From an uncultured Bacilli bacterium (GTDB lineage Bacteria > Bacillota_I > Bacilli_A > RF39 > UBA660), in NCBI GenBank assembly GCA_934098385.1, contig CAKOOJ010000003.1, forward strand, positions 78,848 to 142,847: a DNA stretch of 64,000 bases. Direction: 5' to 3'. Below, one piece after another: positions 8,857 through 18,364 of this stretch. A program made the position numbers and the translations under genes. Every line of letters starts with the position of its first letter. Position 1 is the first letter of the stretch. The notes beneath the pieces were generated by a model that saw nothing but the letters and a program-made list of their open reading frames with translations, did not search any database and had not been told where the DNA came from.

Positions 8857-9882
8857 TTAGTTATTTGGATGGATTATTATTTTTATTGCATCATCTTTTC
8901 CATTAGTAAGTCTTACAAATGATTCTTGTACTTTATCTAATCCAACTCTATCGTCTATGTATTTTTCTACATTTATTTCTTTTTTACTGATCAAATCAAT
9001 AACATTTTCAAACTCATTTACTGTATATGCGATAGCTCCTTGCATAGTGATTTCTCCCATTACTGTCATTACTGTAGGTATTGTTACTGGTGTCATACTA
9101 ACACCTACTAAAACAATAGTTCCTCCTGGTTTTGTAGCCATAATTGCCTCACTTACGGCAGGAGTATTTCCACAGCATTCTAAGACAACATCAAATCCAC
9201 CAATAGTTTTTTCTACTAATTTTGGTACTGTATTTGCATCGATTGCATTGTAATATTCATCAACGCATCCATATTTTAATGATTTTTTTCCACGCATTTC
9301 ATTTGTTTCTAAAAGTGCAATATATTTTGCTCCTGCTTTTTTTGCAAATTCTGCACACATTAATCCTATTATTCCGCCACCAATAATTAGAACGTTGTCA
9401 TCTTTTTTGATTTTTCCTAAATTAACTGCATGTAAACTTACAGATGATGGCTCAACCATTGCAGCTTCATCATTTGATACATTGTCTGGAAGTTTTTTTA
9501 CCATGTCGCTACGACAACTTGAAAATTCAGCATATCCTCCTGGATTAGTTAATGAAAGTCCTACTGCTTTACTCCAAGTTAATTTACAATATTGAGGATT
9601 TCCACTTTTACATGCACGACACACGCCACATGGAGATATTGGAAGTCCTGTTATTCTGTCACCAACTTTTAAATCACTTCTTGAACCTGGATCGATTACT
9701 GTTCCACAAAATTCATGACCCATTACTAATCCGTTTGGTTCTCCCATATCCCAGTAATGTATATCACTTCCACATATACCACATGATTCTACTTTAAACG
9801 TCACGCTACCATTAGAACTTATAGGTTTATCTATTTCTCCACTTATAAATTCTCTTTTTCCATTTAATTTAACACATTTCAT
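8857..9882 (-). CDS. Zinc-dependent alcohol/polyol dehydrogenase (MDR superfamily)
   Basis: Likely start is MKCVKLNGK (ATG 9882). Catalytic zinc ligands are CGICGSD and GHEFCG. The structural zinc cluster is CGVCRACKSGNPQYC. The Rossmann motif is IIGGGIIG. Confidence 0.85.
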   Translation of the reverse strand: MKCVKLNGKREFISGEIDKPISSNGSVTFKVESCGICGSDIHYWDMGEPNGLVMGHEFCGTVIDPGSRSDLKVGDRITGLPISPCGVCRACKSGNPQYCKLTWSKAVGLSLTNPGGYAEFSSCRSDMVKKLPDNVSNDEAAMVEPSSVSLHAVNLGKIKKDDNVLIIGGGIIGLMCAEFAKKAGAKYIALLETNEMRGKKSLKYGCVDEYYNAIDANTVPKLVEKTIGGFDVVLECCGNTPAVSEAIMATKPGGTIVLVGVSMTPVTIPTVMTVMGEITMQGAIAYTVNEFENVIDLISKKEINVEKYIDDRVGLDKVQESFVRLTNGKDDAIKIIIHPNN

Positions 9883-9960
9883 AAATATGCCTCCTATCAT
9901 ATAAATTATAATACAAAGACATATTTTAAACAATAATATTGCTCAAATTAAACATTTATT

Positions 9961-10326
9961 TTACACAGATGGTGCACCAATAAAATCAGGATTATGACTT
10001 TGAAAATATATTAAACATGAAACTCCCGCTATTAAAAGTGCACTACCTAATAATTTAATTCTAAAAAGTCTTTTAGCCTCAATACTAGCTTTCTTATATG
10101 CATCATAATTTCTATATATAAAATATAAATATATTAATAAAACCACAATTAAAACAAACAAATATATATCATTTGCTGTTTTTTCATCTTTTTTATTTCC
10201 TGTTTTAACATAATTTTTTTGATATTTATTTGCTACTATATTAAAAGATATTGCAACTATAAAAATTATAAATATTATATCTTCAAATTTTAATCTAGCT
10301 AAGTCATTATTTAATATATCTTCCAT
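9961..10326 (-). CDS. Small integral membrane protein (3 predicted TM helices)
   Basis: The hydrophobic segments are IIFIIFIVAISFNIV, IYLFVLIVVLLIYLYFIY and LLGSALLIAGVSCLIYF. Confidence 0.45.
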   Translation of the reverse strand: MEDILNNDLARLKFEDIIFIIFIVAISFNIVANKYQKNYVKTGNKKDEKTANDIYLFVLIVVLLIYLYFIYRNYDAYKKASIEAKRLFRIKLLGSALLIAGVSCLIYFQSHNPDFIGAPSV

Positions 10327-10341
10327 AATAAATTATATGAA

Positions 10342-10390
10342 AAAAAGTAAATTTTTAATTTCCTTTTCGATTGATACTAGTATGTTTGTT
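10342..10390. repeat. Direct repeat copy A (degenerate copy of the 3' end plus terminator of the lipoprotein gene at 11865)
   Basis: Hand alignment with 11847..11895 at a constant offset of 1505 nt gives 43 of 49 identical positions and no indels. It retains the hairpin AAAAGgAAA..TTTaCTTTT on the minus strand, just after the Bro-N gene stop. Confidence 0.8.
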
Positions 10391-10392
10391 TT

Positions 10393-11247
10393 TTATTTAC
10401 CTTCTATTTTTTCATTTTGATCAATATATTTATATGTTAAATTATTATTATTTGAAACTGCTGATTTATTTGTTTCTTTCTCATATAAAACTCTTGCACC
10501 TTTAGCAACATGTCCTCCACGTTTTGCGACTTTCATATTTTCTTTAAATCCTTTTGGATGTTCAGAAGATGCTATATCACGAGTTGCAACTTCACCTAAG
10601 TTTGTTAAAAGAACTTCTATATCAGTCATATTATCTCTTAAGGATTCTTTTCTAAGTCCTTTATAAGTTTTATATTCACTTACTTTCATACCAGACCAAC
10701 TTTTATATATTTCATTAGTTAAAATTGCATATTCTTTATTTTCGTTTATTCCCCCATCTTTCCATATATCAGTTAGTTTATTTCTATCTAGTATTCCTTT
10801 TAATCTAGCTTCAATCCATTTATCAGAATATCCTCTTTTGCGATAATAATTAATTGCTCTTTTAATAGCTATTTCAGGATCAAATACTTCATCAATCCTC
10901 TCGCTACCTAAATGTGCTAACCACATCTTAAATGGTTCTGCTTTAGGACTAGGTATTGACTCAATAAGTCTTAAAATGTCATTTGTTTTCATAGCATCTC
11001 TTAATCTCATTTTTCCATCAGGTGCTAACATTTTCAACTGACTACAATTTGTAGTCACTTCACTACCTTCTTTTTTTAGTCTTGTTTTAAGTACAGACCA
11101 GTATTTTCTAGCATCTTTTGGATTTGCTAAAGCATTTACAACATCAACGACACTAAAGTAATAATCTTCCTTTTCATTATCCCAAATACTTCTAATTTCT
11201 TTTCCTTCAAACAAATCCACAATTGTTTCAAGTTTTTCTTGATTCAT
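10393..11247 (-). CDS. Bro-N domain protein, DinD-like (DNA-damage-inducible protein D / phage antirepressor family)
   Basis: The N-terminus FEGKEIRSIWDNEKEDYYFSVVDVVNAL is Bro-N-like. The segment PKAEPFKMWLAHLGSERIDE..AIKRAINYYRKRGYSDKWIEARL resembles DinD-family proteins. Confidence 0.7.
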   Translation of the reverse strand: MNQEKLETIVDLFEGKEIRSIWDNEKEDYYFSVVDVVNALANPKDARKYWSVLKTRLKKEGSEVTTNCSQLKMLAPDGKMRLRDAMKTNDILRLIESIPSPKAEPFKMWLAHLGSERIDEVFDPEIAIKRAINYYRKRGYSDKWIEARLKGILDRNKLTDIWKDGGINENKEYAILTNEIYKSWSGMKVSEYKTYKGLRKESLRDNMTDIEVLLTNLGEVATRDIASSEHPKGFKENMKVAKRGGHVAKGARVLYEKETNKSAVSNNNNLTYKYIDQNEKIEGK

Positions 11248-11837
11248 TCTTTATCACCTCACTTTTTTACTTAATATCCTATCATATTTTTTTATCATAT
11301 TTTGTCTAATAATATCTAAATTAAATATTTTTTTTGATTTTTCTTTTTTATTATTCATCATTTTTTATGTAATGGGTTTACTATAAACGTTATTATTCCT
11401 GGTAGTAACTAATTTTTACATTAACTTCTATTTTTACTACATTATTTTCTATTTTTTTTAATTAGGGTAATTTACTTGTTTTTTTGTATGTTTATTCTTT
11501 TTTAATAAATCTAACAAAATTAAACGTTTTACTTATAAGTGCTTATTGTTCATTGTTGGATAATATCTAGATTGATAAACAATGACTTGTTTGAATATTA
11601 CACTAACTTCTGATAAATAAAGAATATCATGAAATACATTTGTTTGTCAATAAAAATATGTATATTATATTTAAAATACAACATAAATGTTTTATATTGA
11701 GTTATCTTATTTATCACTATCAGAAAATTTGAACAAGTTATAATTAATAGAAAATTCATAAATACAAATATTAATATACTACCAATGTTTGAACATAAAA
11801 ATTATTAAAGAAAAATGATATCAATTTTATTATTTAA

Positions 11838-11872
11838 CTGTAAAATAAAAAGTAAACTTTTAATTTACTTTT
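11838..11872 (-). terminator. Rho-independent terminator of the lipoprotein gene
   Basis: The minus strand reads AAAAGTAAA-TTAAAAG-TTTACTTTT followed by TATTTTA. The 5' arm includes the last codons and the stop (GAA AAG TAA). Confidence 0.6.
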
Positions 11873-11895
11873 CGCTTGATACTATTACGCTTGTT
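11847..11895. repeat. Direct repeat copy B (authentic 3' end plus terminator of the lipoprotein gene)
   Basis: See copy A. The two copies bracket the Bro-N gene and a 600-nt non-coding stretch. Confidence 0.8.
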
Positions 11896-13022
11896 CCTGT
11901 TAATCCCTCAGCTATTGTCATTAATTCTTTACCATCTAAACTATTGCTACTTAGATAATAGTCTATTCCACTACTTGTAAAGTATAGTGAATTGTTTGAT
12001 AACGCTCCTATACAATCACTCATTATTATTGGATCTCCATTTACAGGAATTATTTCTAGTTCATCAAATCTTCTGCTTACTTCTTCTATAAGAACGAATG
12101 GACTATCTCCACTAAATGTTAATATTGCTCTATTTCCATTATCTGTACTGATAGTATCTTCAGTATTTAAATGTGTATTTTGTGGTATATATAAAGGATA
12201 TATGATGTCTTTTAATATATTGCTTGTATTTTCTTCATTAGTATTGTTTTCTGTTGTATTATTTTCTTTTCCATTATTCTCATCATTTTGTATTCTTTTT
12301 GTTGTTGTAGTTGTTGTTTCTCCAGCTTTTGTAGTAGTAGTTTCAGTTGTATTTTGTGGTTTTGTAGTTGTTTTATTATTATCTTTATTATCAATATTAT
12401 CTTGTTCTGATTTAACATCTTCTTTTGTTATTAAATTTTCTAATGAAAAGTATTTATCATTGAATTTAGCTTTATAATTTATACTAGAAACATTTAAAGT
12501 TATTTTTACATTTCCATCTTGGTCAAGTACTTCAACTTTTTTAACTCCATAATCTTTATCTAAATATATTTTTTCACTATATAATGTATTATTATTTGGA
12601 TAATTTACTTTACATTGAATATAATCTTTTTCAACGTGTACTTTATCATCATTAATTACATCATTTAATAAAACATCTAATAAATATGATTGACTTCCAT
12701 TATTAGGCCAGTCACTTTGAAATTTGAAACTTTTATTTAAATCTGGTGTAACAACATATACTCCGTCTTTATTTTTTAAAATAACTTGTTCATGATTGTT
12801 TGTTTGATTAATTAAACTAACTTTATAATATCCTTCTTTACTTTTACTAGCTTCTACTTTATAAGTAAATGTGTCTTCATTACTAACAATTGACATATTT
12901 CCTTTAAGTATATAATTGTTTGCTTTTTCAATTTTATTTTGAAATTTTTTAATAGCATTTTCCCCTTTACCACATCCACATAAGCATAAAAACATACAAA
13001 TTATTAATATATATTTTTTCAT
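11865..13022 (-). CDS. Lipoprotein with N-terminal LolA-like/DUF4367-like region, Thr/Asn-rich linker and C-terminal domain
   Basis: Likely start is MKKYILIICMFLCLCGCG (ATG 13022), with lipobox L-C-G-C. The low-complexity linker is TTETTTTKAGETTTTTTK. The fold assignment of the N-terminal half is tentative. Confidence 0.65.
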   Translation of the reverse strand: MKKYILIICMFLCLCGCGKGENAIKKFQNKIEKANNYILKGNMSIVSNEDTFTYKVEASKSKEGYYKVSLINQTNNHEQVILKNKDGVYVVTPDLNKSFKFQSDWPNNGSQSYLLDVLLNDVINDDKVHVEKDYIQCKVNYPNNNTLYSEKIYLDKDYGVKKVEVLDQDGNVKITLNVSSINYKAKFNDKYFSLENLITKEDVKSEQDNIDNKDNNKTTTKPQNTTETTTTKAGETTTTTTKRIQNDENNGKENNTTENNTNEENTSNILKDIIYPLYIPQNTHLNTEDTISTDNGNRAILTFSGDSPFVLIEEVSRRFDELEIIPVNGDPIIMSDCIGALSNNSLYFTSSGIDYYLSSNSLDGKELMTIAEGLTGTSVIVSSEK

Positions 13023-13124
13023 AAACTCCCCTTTTCTAATTAAATATATTGTTATAGTTCTTTTTTTATACATGATTGTTTTTATTTTTTATGAAAAAAG
13101 ATTAGTATATTTTTGCATATTGTA

Positions 13125-14321
13125 CTAATCTTTATTTTTTTTAAATAAGTAATCATATCCTTCTAAAAGCGTTTGACTTGTGTGTTCCCAACTTAGTTTA
13201 TTAATTATTCTATTTCTACCATATTCTCCCATTTCTTTACGTTTTTTTTCGTTGTTTAATAAATAAATAATTTTTTTTGCAAAATCTACAGAATCATTTT
13301 TATTTGCATATAATGAAGCTTTTTCAGCGGAATATCTACCTTCTGTTAAATCGAATTGTACTATTGGTTTCCCTAAAGCCATATATTCTAATATTTTATT
13401 CATTGTACTTTTATCATTCATTTCATTAAACTCATCTGAATTTACACATATATCCGCTGTATTTAAATATTTTAACATTGTTTTATCATCAACTCTGCCT
13501 GTGAATTCTATACAATCATCTAATCCCATTTCTTTTGCCAAATTGATAATATCTTTTAAATATGGGCCTCCACCAACAATTCCCCAGAAAACATTATTAT
13601 TACGTTCTTTTATATATTTAGCCGCTTCTAATATATATATTAAACCTTCTTGTTTTCCGATCACTCCTAAATAACCTACCATATATTTGTAACCTCTTTT
13701 TATATTTGGATATTTTTTTGTTATTTTTAATCTATTTAATGAAGGACCACTTCGTAGAACAAATACATTTTTAGGATTCATTTTATTTCTATTTATTGCT
13801 ATTTCTTTGTAACTTTCATTAGTTACAAATGCTATAGTGCTATTTTTATAATTTTTTCTTTCAAAATATAATTGACTTAAATATAATAATTTATATTTTT
13901 TACCAAATTTAGCTTTAAATAATTCTGGACAAATATCATGATGATCGAATACATACTTAACACCGTATTTTTTAAAATGTTTATATACCATGTAAATATT
14001 ATCTGGTGGATTACATCCTTGTATAACATCAAAACCTATTTCTTTATAAATTATTTTTGATAATCTTAATTCTTCTTTCAGTGCATACGAATATTCTTTT
14101 AAATAAGATAGAGGACCATTTCCTTCTTGTTGCATATTATGTCTATATATATTTACTCCATTTAATATTTCTTTTTCTTTGTCATAATTTTTACCTTTAG
14201 GACAAATCACTGAAACTATATATCCATTTTTTACTAAAGTAATTGCTTCTTGCCAAACTCTTGTATCAAATGGCACAGGTAAATTTTCAACAATTATTAA
14301 TATTTTTCTTTCATTTTTCAT
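13125..14321 (-). CDS. GT4-family glycosyltransferase
   Basis: It has a GT-B architecture. The C-terminal region (VNSDEFNEMNDKSTMNKILEYMALGKPIV) resembles the E-x7-E nucleotide-sugar binding segment. Confidence 0.75.
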   Translation of the reverse strand: MKNERKILIIVENLPVPFDTRVWQEAITLVKNGYIVSVICPKGKNYDKEKEILNGVNIYRHNMQQEGNGPLSYLKEYSYALKEELRLSKIIYKEIGFDVIQGCNPPDNIYMVYKHFKKYGVKYVFDHHDICPELFKAKFGKKYKLLYLSQLYFERKNYKNSTIAFVTNESYKEIAINRNKMNPKNVFVLRSGPSLNRLKITKKYPNIKRGYKYMVGYLGVIGKQEGLIYILEAAKYIKERNNNVFWGIVGGGPYLKDIINLAKEMGLDDCIEFTGRVDDKTMLKYLNTADICVNSDEFNEMNDKSTMNKILEYMALGKPIVQFDLTEGRYSAEKASLYANKNDSVDFAKKIIYLLNNEKKRKEMGEYGRNRIINKLSWEHTSQTLLEGYDYLFKKNKD

Positions 14322-16629
14322 AATTATTTTCCTTTATAAAACTTATCCTATTTATTGTATCATAATAATCTTCCATATGTTTATCAAAATAATATTTTGG
14401 ATAATTAGTATTTTTATAATTTTTTAGATTCTTTATATTATTATTATTTTCTTTTATTATATAATCTTTTATATAATTACTCTCTTGAATTAAATATTTA
14501 TCATTTTCTTTTATTCCATACTTATAATATAATTTATATAAATTATTTAAAGTATCTAATCTTTTTAGTAATTCAGTTATATTATATTTATTAGTAGGTA
14601 TAGAATTTTTCAAATAATTATGTAATGTATTAATATAATATTTGTTAGTTTTTCCATACTCTATTTCTTTTTCTATTAATTCATAGTATGTTTTAATAAT
14701 ATATTCACTATTATATTTTTCTTCTTCACTATATTTATATAAATATTTTAACTTTATATCCATATCATTTAAATTATATGTATTCATATTATTAATTTTT
14801 TTATATTTATATTCTTCATCTAATATAACAAATTTTGAATATTTATCGTTAAAATCCATTGTTTTTTTATAATTGTTGGTTCCTTTTAAGATAAGAATAT
14901 TTAAAATTACTAGGATTATATTTATTATTATTAATATATTATTTATTTTTATATTATTACCTTTATCATATTTAATAGAATTTAATATACTTATAAGAAT
15001 AAAAACATATACTTTGATTAATAAGAATGACATATCAAAATCTATAATACTATGAGTAATTAATAATAATAAACTAAATGCTATATCTTTATCATTTTTT
15101 TTATTAAATACACAATTTAGTATATATATTATAATTATAATAATTGATATAAATCCTATTATTCCATATGAAAGAAACGTATCAATTAAAAAACTATGTA
15201 CTTCTTTAGTATTATAATCATATTTTTGTATTGATTTGTATAAATATCTCCAACTATTATTGCCATAACCAAATAATGGATTAGTTTTTATTAATTTTAT
15301 TGCATCTTTATAATAGTCAAATCTATATTTAATGTTTTGTTCACCGTATATAAAAGATTTAGCCATATCTCCTAATTTTTTAGGGAGATATTTATAGTTT
15401 ACAATATATTCTTTGTCATTAATATATATTTTATTTAACCTAAATTTATTTTTTACATTATTAAACTCTATATAAAGTGAATTTATGTCTTTAGTAACGA
15501 TATTGTACTCTTTTACACTATTTATTTTATCTTCTAGATAAGTTTCTCTATAATCATTATTAGTTATTGTATAAATTTTTAATTGTTGTTCACTAGCACT
15601 ATCTATTTCAATTTTTAATTTTATTTTTTCTTTGTTTATATTTTTTATATCGAAACCTATATTTTTATCTATTATATATGGTTTACTATATTTTAAATTT
15701 ATTACAATTAATGTTGTAATTAAAATAAATGTACTTACGAATAGTATAAATATTTTTTTATAATTTATTTTATAAAATACTTTAAATATCATAAATAAAT
15801 AATTTATGGATATGTTTATTATGATTATAATTAATAATAGTATAAAACTAATACAATTATTCAATTTCAAATAAGTTGTTATATAAAATAATATAATGCA
15901 TATTACACTACTAATTATTGTTGAACTAATATTATATAACTTAATTCTTTCTTTTCTATTAAACATATAGTATAACATAGTAAATAGTATATATAAAATT
16001 ATACTAGCTTTTGATAAAGATAGACAAAGCAATAAAAATAGTATAAAAAAGTAGGTTCTATTAATAATATTTATTATATTATTTTTATTTTCTAGTTTAC
16101 CATATATTAAAAATATCAGACTTGCTAAATATATTCCTAAAGTATTTGGATAGTTGAAGTTAGCTAATATTCCTTCATCTCTATAAATTATTCTAAATGA
16201 ATCATAGTTTGAAATATAATTCCATATAAAATTAAAATATATTCTATCTATAGCTATTACTATTACAGGTATAGATGAATATATAATTATATTAACTAAT
16301 TTATCTTTGTTATTTATGCTTAAATTTTTTGCATAGAAATATAAAATAATTATATCAATATTTTCTAATATTCCTCTATATACATTTGAAAGAGAAACAA
16401 ATTTATTAAATATTAAGGGTATAAATGAACTAAGCATGTATATTAAAAATATAATATCTATTTTATTGTTGATAAATATATATTTTTTTCTATTAAAAAA
16501 AATATATATTATATTAATTAATATAATTATTACATTAACAAATATTAATGGTTGTGTGATATCACTTCCAATAAATATATTTAATATTAATAAAATTATA
16601 TACATTAATATGTACCATATATTTTTCAT
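14311..16629 (-). CDS. Large polytopic membrane protein, O-antigen ligase/polymerase (Wzy_C)-like with extra-membrane insert and C-terminal Lys/Tyr/Asn-rich region
   Basis: It has more than 10 predicted TM helices and lies within the polysaccharide locus. The assignment rests on topology and context, not on a sharp motif. Confidence 0.55.
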   Translation of the reverse strand: MKNIWYILMYIILLILNIFIGSDITQPLIFVNVIIILINIIYIFFNRKKYIFINNKIDIIFLIYMLSSFIPLIFNKFVSLSNVYRGILENIDIIILYFYAKNLSINNKDKLVNIIIYSSIPVIVIAIDRIYFNFIWNYISNYDSFRIIYRDEGILANFNYPNTLGIYLASLIFLIYGKLENKNNIINIINRTYFFILFLLLCLSLSKASIILYILFTMLYYMFNRKERIKLYNISSTIISSVICIILFYITTYLKLNNCISFILLLIIIIINISINYLFMIFKVFYKINYKKIFILFVSTFILITTLIVINLKYSKPYIIDKNIGFDIKNINKEKIKLKIEIDSASEQQLKIYTITNNDYRETYLEDKINSVKEYNIVTKDINSLYIEFNNVKNKFRLNKIYINDKEYIVNYKYLPKKLGDMAKSFIYGEQNIKYRFDYYKDAIKLIKTNPLFGYGNNSWRYLYKSIQKYDYNTKEVHSFLIDTFLSYGIIGFISIIIIIIYILNCVFNKKNDKDIAFSLLLLITHSIIDFDMSFLLIKVYVFILISILNSIKYDKGNNIKINNILIIINIILVILNILILKGTNNYKKTMDFNDKYSKFVILDEEYKYKKINNMNTYNLNDMDIKLKYLYKYSEEEKYNSEYIIKTYYELIEKEIEYGKTNKYYINTLHNYLKNSIPTNKYNITELLKRLDTLNNLYKLYYKYGIKENDKYLIQESNYIKDYIIKENNNNIKNLKNYKNTNYPKYYFDKHMEDYYDTINRISFIKENNYEK

Positions 16630-16711
16630 ATTTACCTCTTATTTTTTAATATAATATAACCCCCTAATTTATAAAAATTAGGGATAATAAGTAATTTGGA
16701 ATAATTAACTT

Positions 16712-18313
16712 TTATTTAAAAACGTATGCATTAGTTTTTAGTCCATTTCCACTTGCTATTTCAACATTATTTTTTATTATTATTGATGGACGTGCATATA
16801 ATAAGCCCGATATATTTTCCCCATAAGAAGTAGGAACATAATGTGATGAAACTTTATTTGAAATAACTGCGTAACTAGTATAATAACTGTTAGGATCACT
16901 AACAGAAGCAGTTTCAGCTAAAGTAGCACCTCCATATAAAGTAGTATTTTTTGTTAATGTCCAATAATCTTTGTTTGAACCATTATTTAAATATGAATTA
17001 TTATTGCTAGAGTTCATTCCAGAATACCAAACTTCATTAGCAGTTAATGTTGCTACGTTCATTGTTTCTCCATTTTTAAATTTTGGTGCTAGTGTTCCTA
17101 GACATTTGAATGTGTCCGATTGTTTATAAAAGTTATGGCCGGCTACACGACAAGTTTTATTACCACTAGGACACCCTTCTTTGCTTATTATTATATCACC
17201 GTCGTACATAACTCCGCTCTCATAATAATTATAGAATTCTGCTACTTCTTCTTTTTGGTCGTTAAGACACCAACTATCATTTGTTAAATATTTTTCTTGT
17301 AAAGCAGAAGAGATTTTTTCTGTTTGAAACTTATAAAATGCATCTTTTAAATAACCGTCTAAATATTCATAATCATGCTCTTTATCACTCCAAGCGTATA
17401 ATTTATATTTATTACCATCTTGAGTAGAATAATCTCCTATATTAGATGTTTTACAAGTATTGTTTTGATCTTCTAAAACTAGTTTTATTGAACCATTACC
17501 TTGTATTCTAACTATTCTCCAGCACATTCCAGCGAAATCAACATAATTATCTGTTACAGCGCCTCTATAATAATAACTAATTCCAAAATCATCTACAGCA
17601 AAACTTAATTCTTTTTCATCTCCTGTACTCGCCTCTGTAATTGGCTTAGATTTTGGAGTTGATAAGAATTTTGTACCATTAGTATTATTTTGAGCGTTAT
17701 TTATTATGTGATATGCTAATGAATTTTTATTTGAAGAATATGGATTAAGTCCATCAGAATTAACTATATTTACTTTTGCGCTGAATGTTTTTCCCATATC
17801 TTCTGATTGATCAACATCTAAATTCTTATAAGTTACTGTTAATGAATATGTTTGAGTCATATTGATATCAATAGAATTACTTATTAATAGTGATACATCC
17901 GATGTTGATGGAAATGTTGTTTCTGTTGATACTCCATTACAAGTACCAGTTTCAGTAGTTTCACCTGTTTTATATTGTTTACATGTCAATGTATATACTA
18001 AGTCATCTTTTCTACTTAATTCATTGACTACATTTTGTAATACAGCACTATAATCTACTTTCTTATTTCCTTTATTTGTTGCACTAAAAGTTTTTTCTAC
18101 ACTATATCCTGGTTCAGCATTTTCTATACCTTTTATAACATTTGTATCTTCACTATATTCTAGTATTAAATTTGCAGTTGTAACTTCTATAGATTTATTA
18201 TTTTCATTTCCTTTTATCTTTGTTAAAAAGTATGCATAAGTTAATCCTACTAATATCAATAATACTAAAAATATACCAGTTACACTTACTATAATCCTTT
18301 GTTTTCTGTTCAT
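16712..18313 (-). CDS. Secreted 533-aa protein with a second SipW-type signal peptide
   Basis: The N-terminus IIVSVTGIFLVLLILVGLTYAYFLTKIKGNENNKSIEVTTANLILEY parallels GATFAYFTATVKYN..VVTVSGNMIVEF of the 2568..3407 protein. The mature part is Cys-containing and Ser/Thr/Asn-rich. Confidence 0.6.
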   Translation of the reverse strand: MNRKQRIIVSVTGIFLVLLILVGLTYAYFLTKIKGNENNKSIEVTTANLILEYSEDTNVIKGIENAEPGYSVEKTFSATNKGNKKVDYSAVLQNVVNELSRKDDLVYTLTCKQYKTGETTETGTCNGVSTETTFPSTSDVSLLISNSIDINMTQTYSLTVTYKNLDVDQSEDMGKTFSAKVNIVNSDGLNPYSSNKNSLAYHIINNAQNNTNGTKFLSTPKSKPITEASTGDEKELSFAVDDFGISYYYRGAVTDNYVDFAGMCWRIVRIQGNGSIKLVLEDQNNTCKTSNIGDYSTQDGNKYKLYAWSDKEHDYEYLDGYLKDAFYKFQTEKISSALQEKYLTNDSWCLNDQKEEVAEFYNYYESGVMYDGDIIISKEGCPSGNKTCRVAGHNFYKQSDTFKCLGTLAPKFKNGETMNVATLTANEVWYSGMNSSNNNSYLNNGSNKDYWTLTKNTTLYGGATLAETASVSDPNSYYTSYAVISNKVSSHYVPTSYGENISGLLYARPSIIIKNNVEIASGNGLKTNAYVFK

Positions 18314-18364
18314 TTTCTTTTATTCCCTTCTTTATTATATATCAATTAAATTATATAAAAGTTG

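Noticed and set aside
11248-11846. LexA (Cheo-box, GAAC-N4-GTTC) operator upstream of the DinD-like gene
   Set aside because: Only half-sites such as TTTGAACAAGTTATA are present and there is no complete palindrome. They also lie 300-550 nt from the start codon.
12212-12418. 68-aa minus-strand ORF inside the lipoprotein gene, and the Thr-rich nucleotide tracts here and at 1440..1520 as possible tandem repeats or contingency loci
   Set aside because: The ORF is an alternative frame of the Thr/Asn-rich linker. The tracts are imperfect codon-level low complexity (ACN/AAY runs), not exact tandem repeats.
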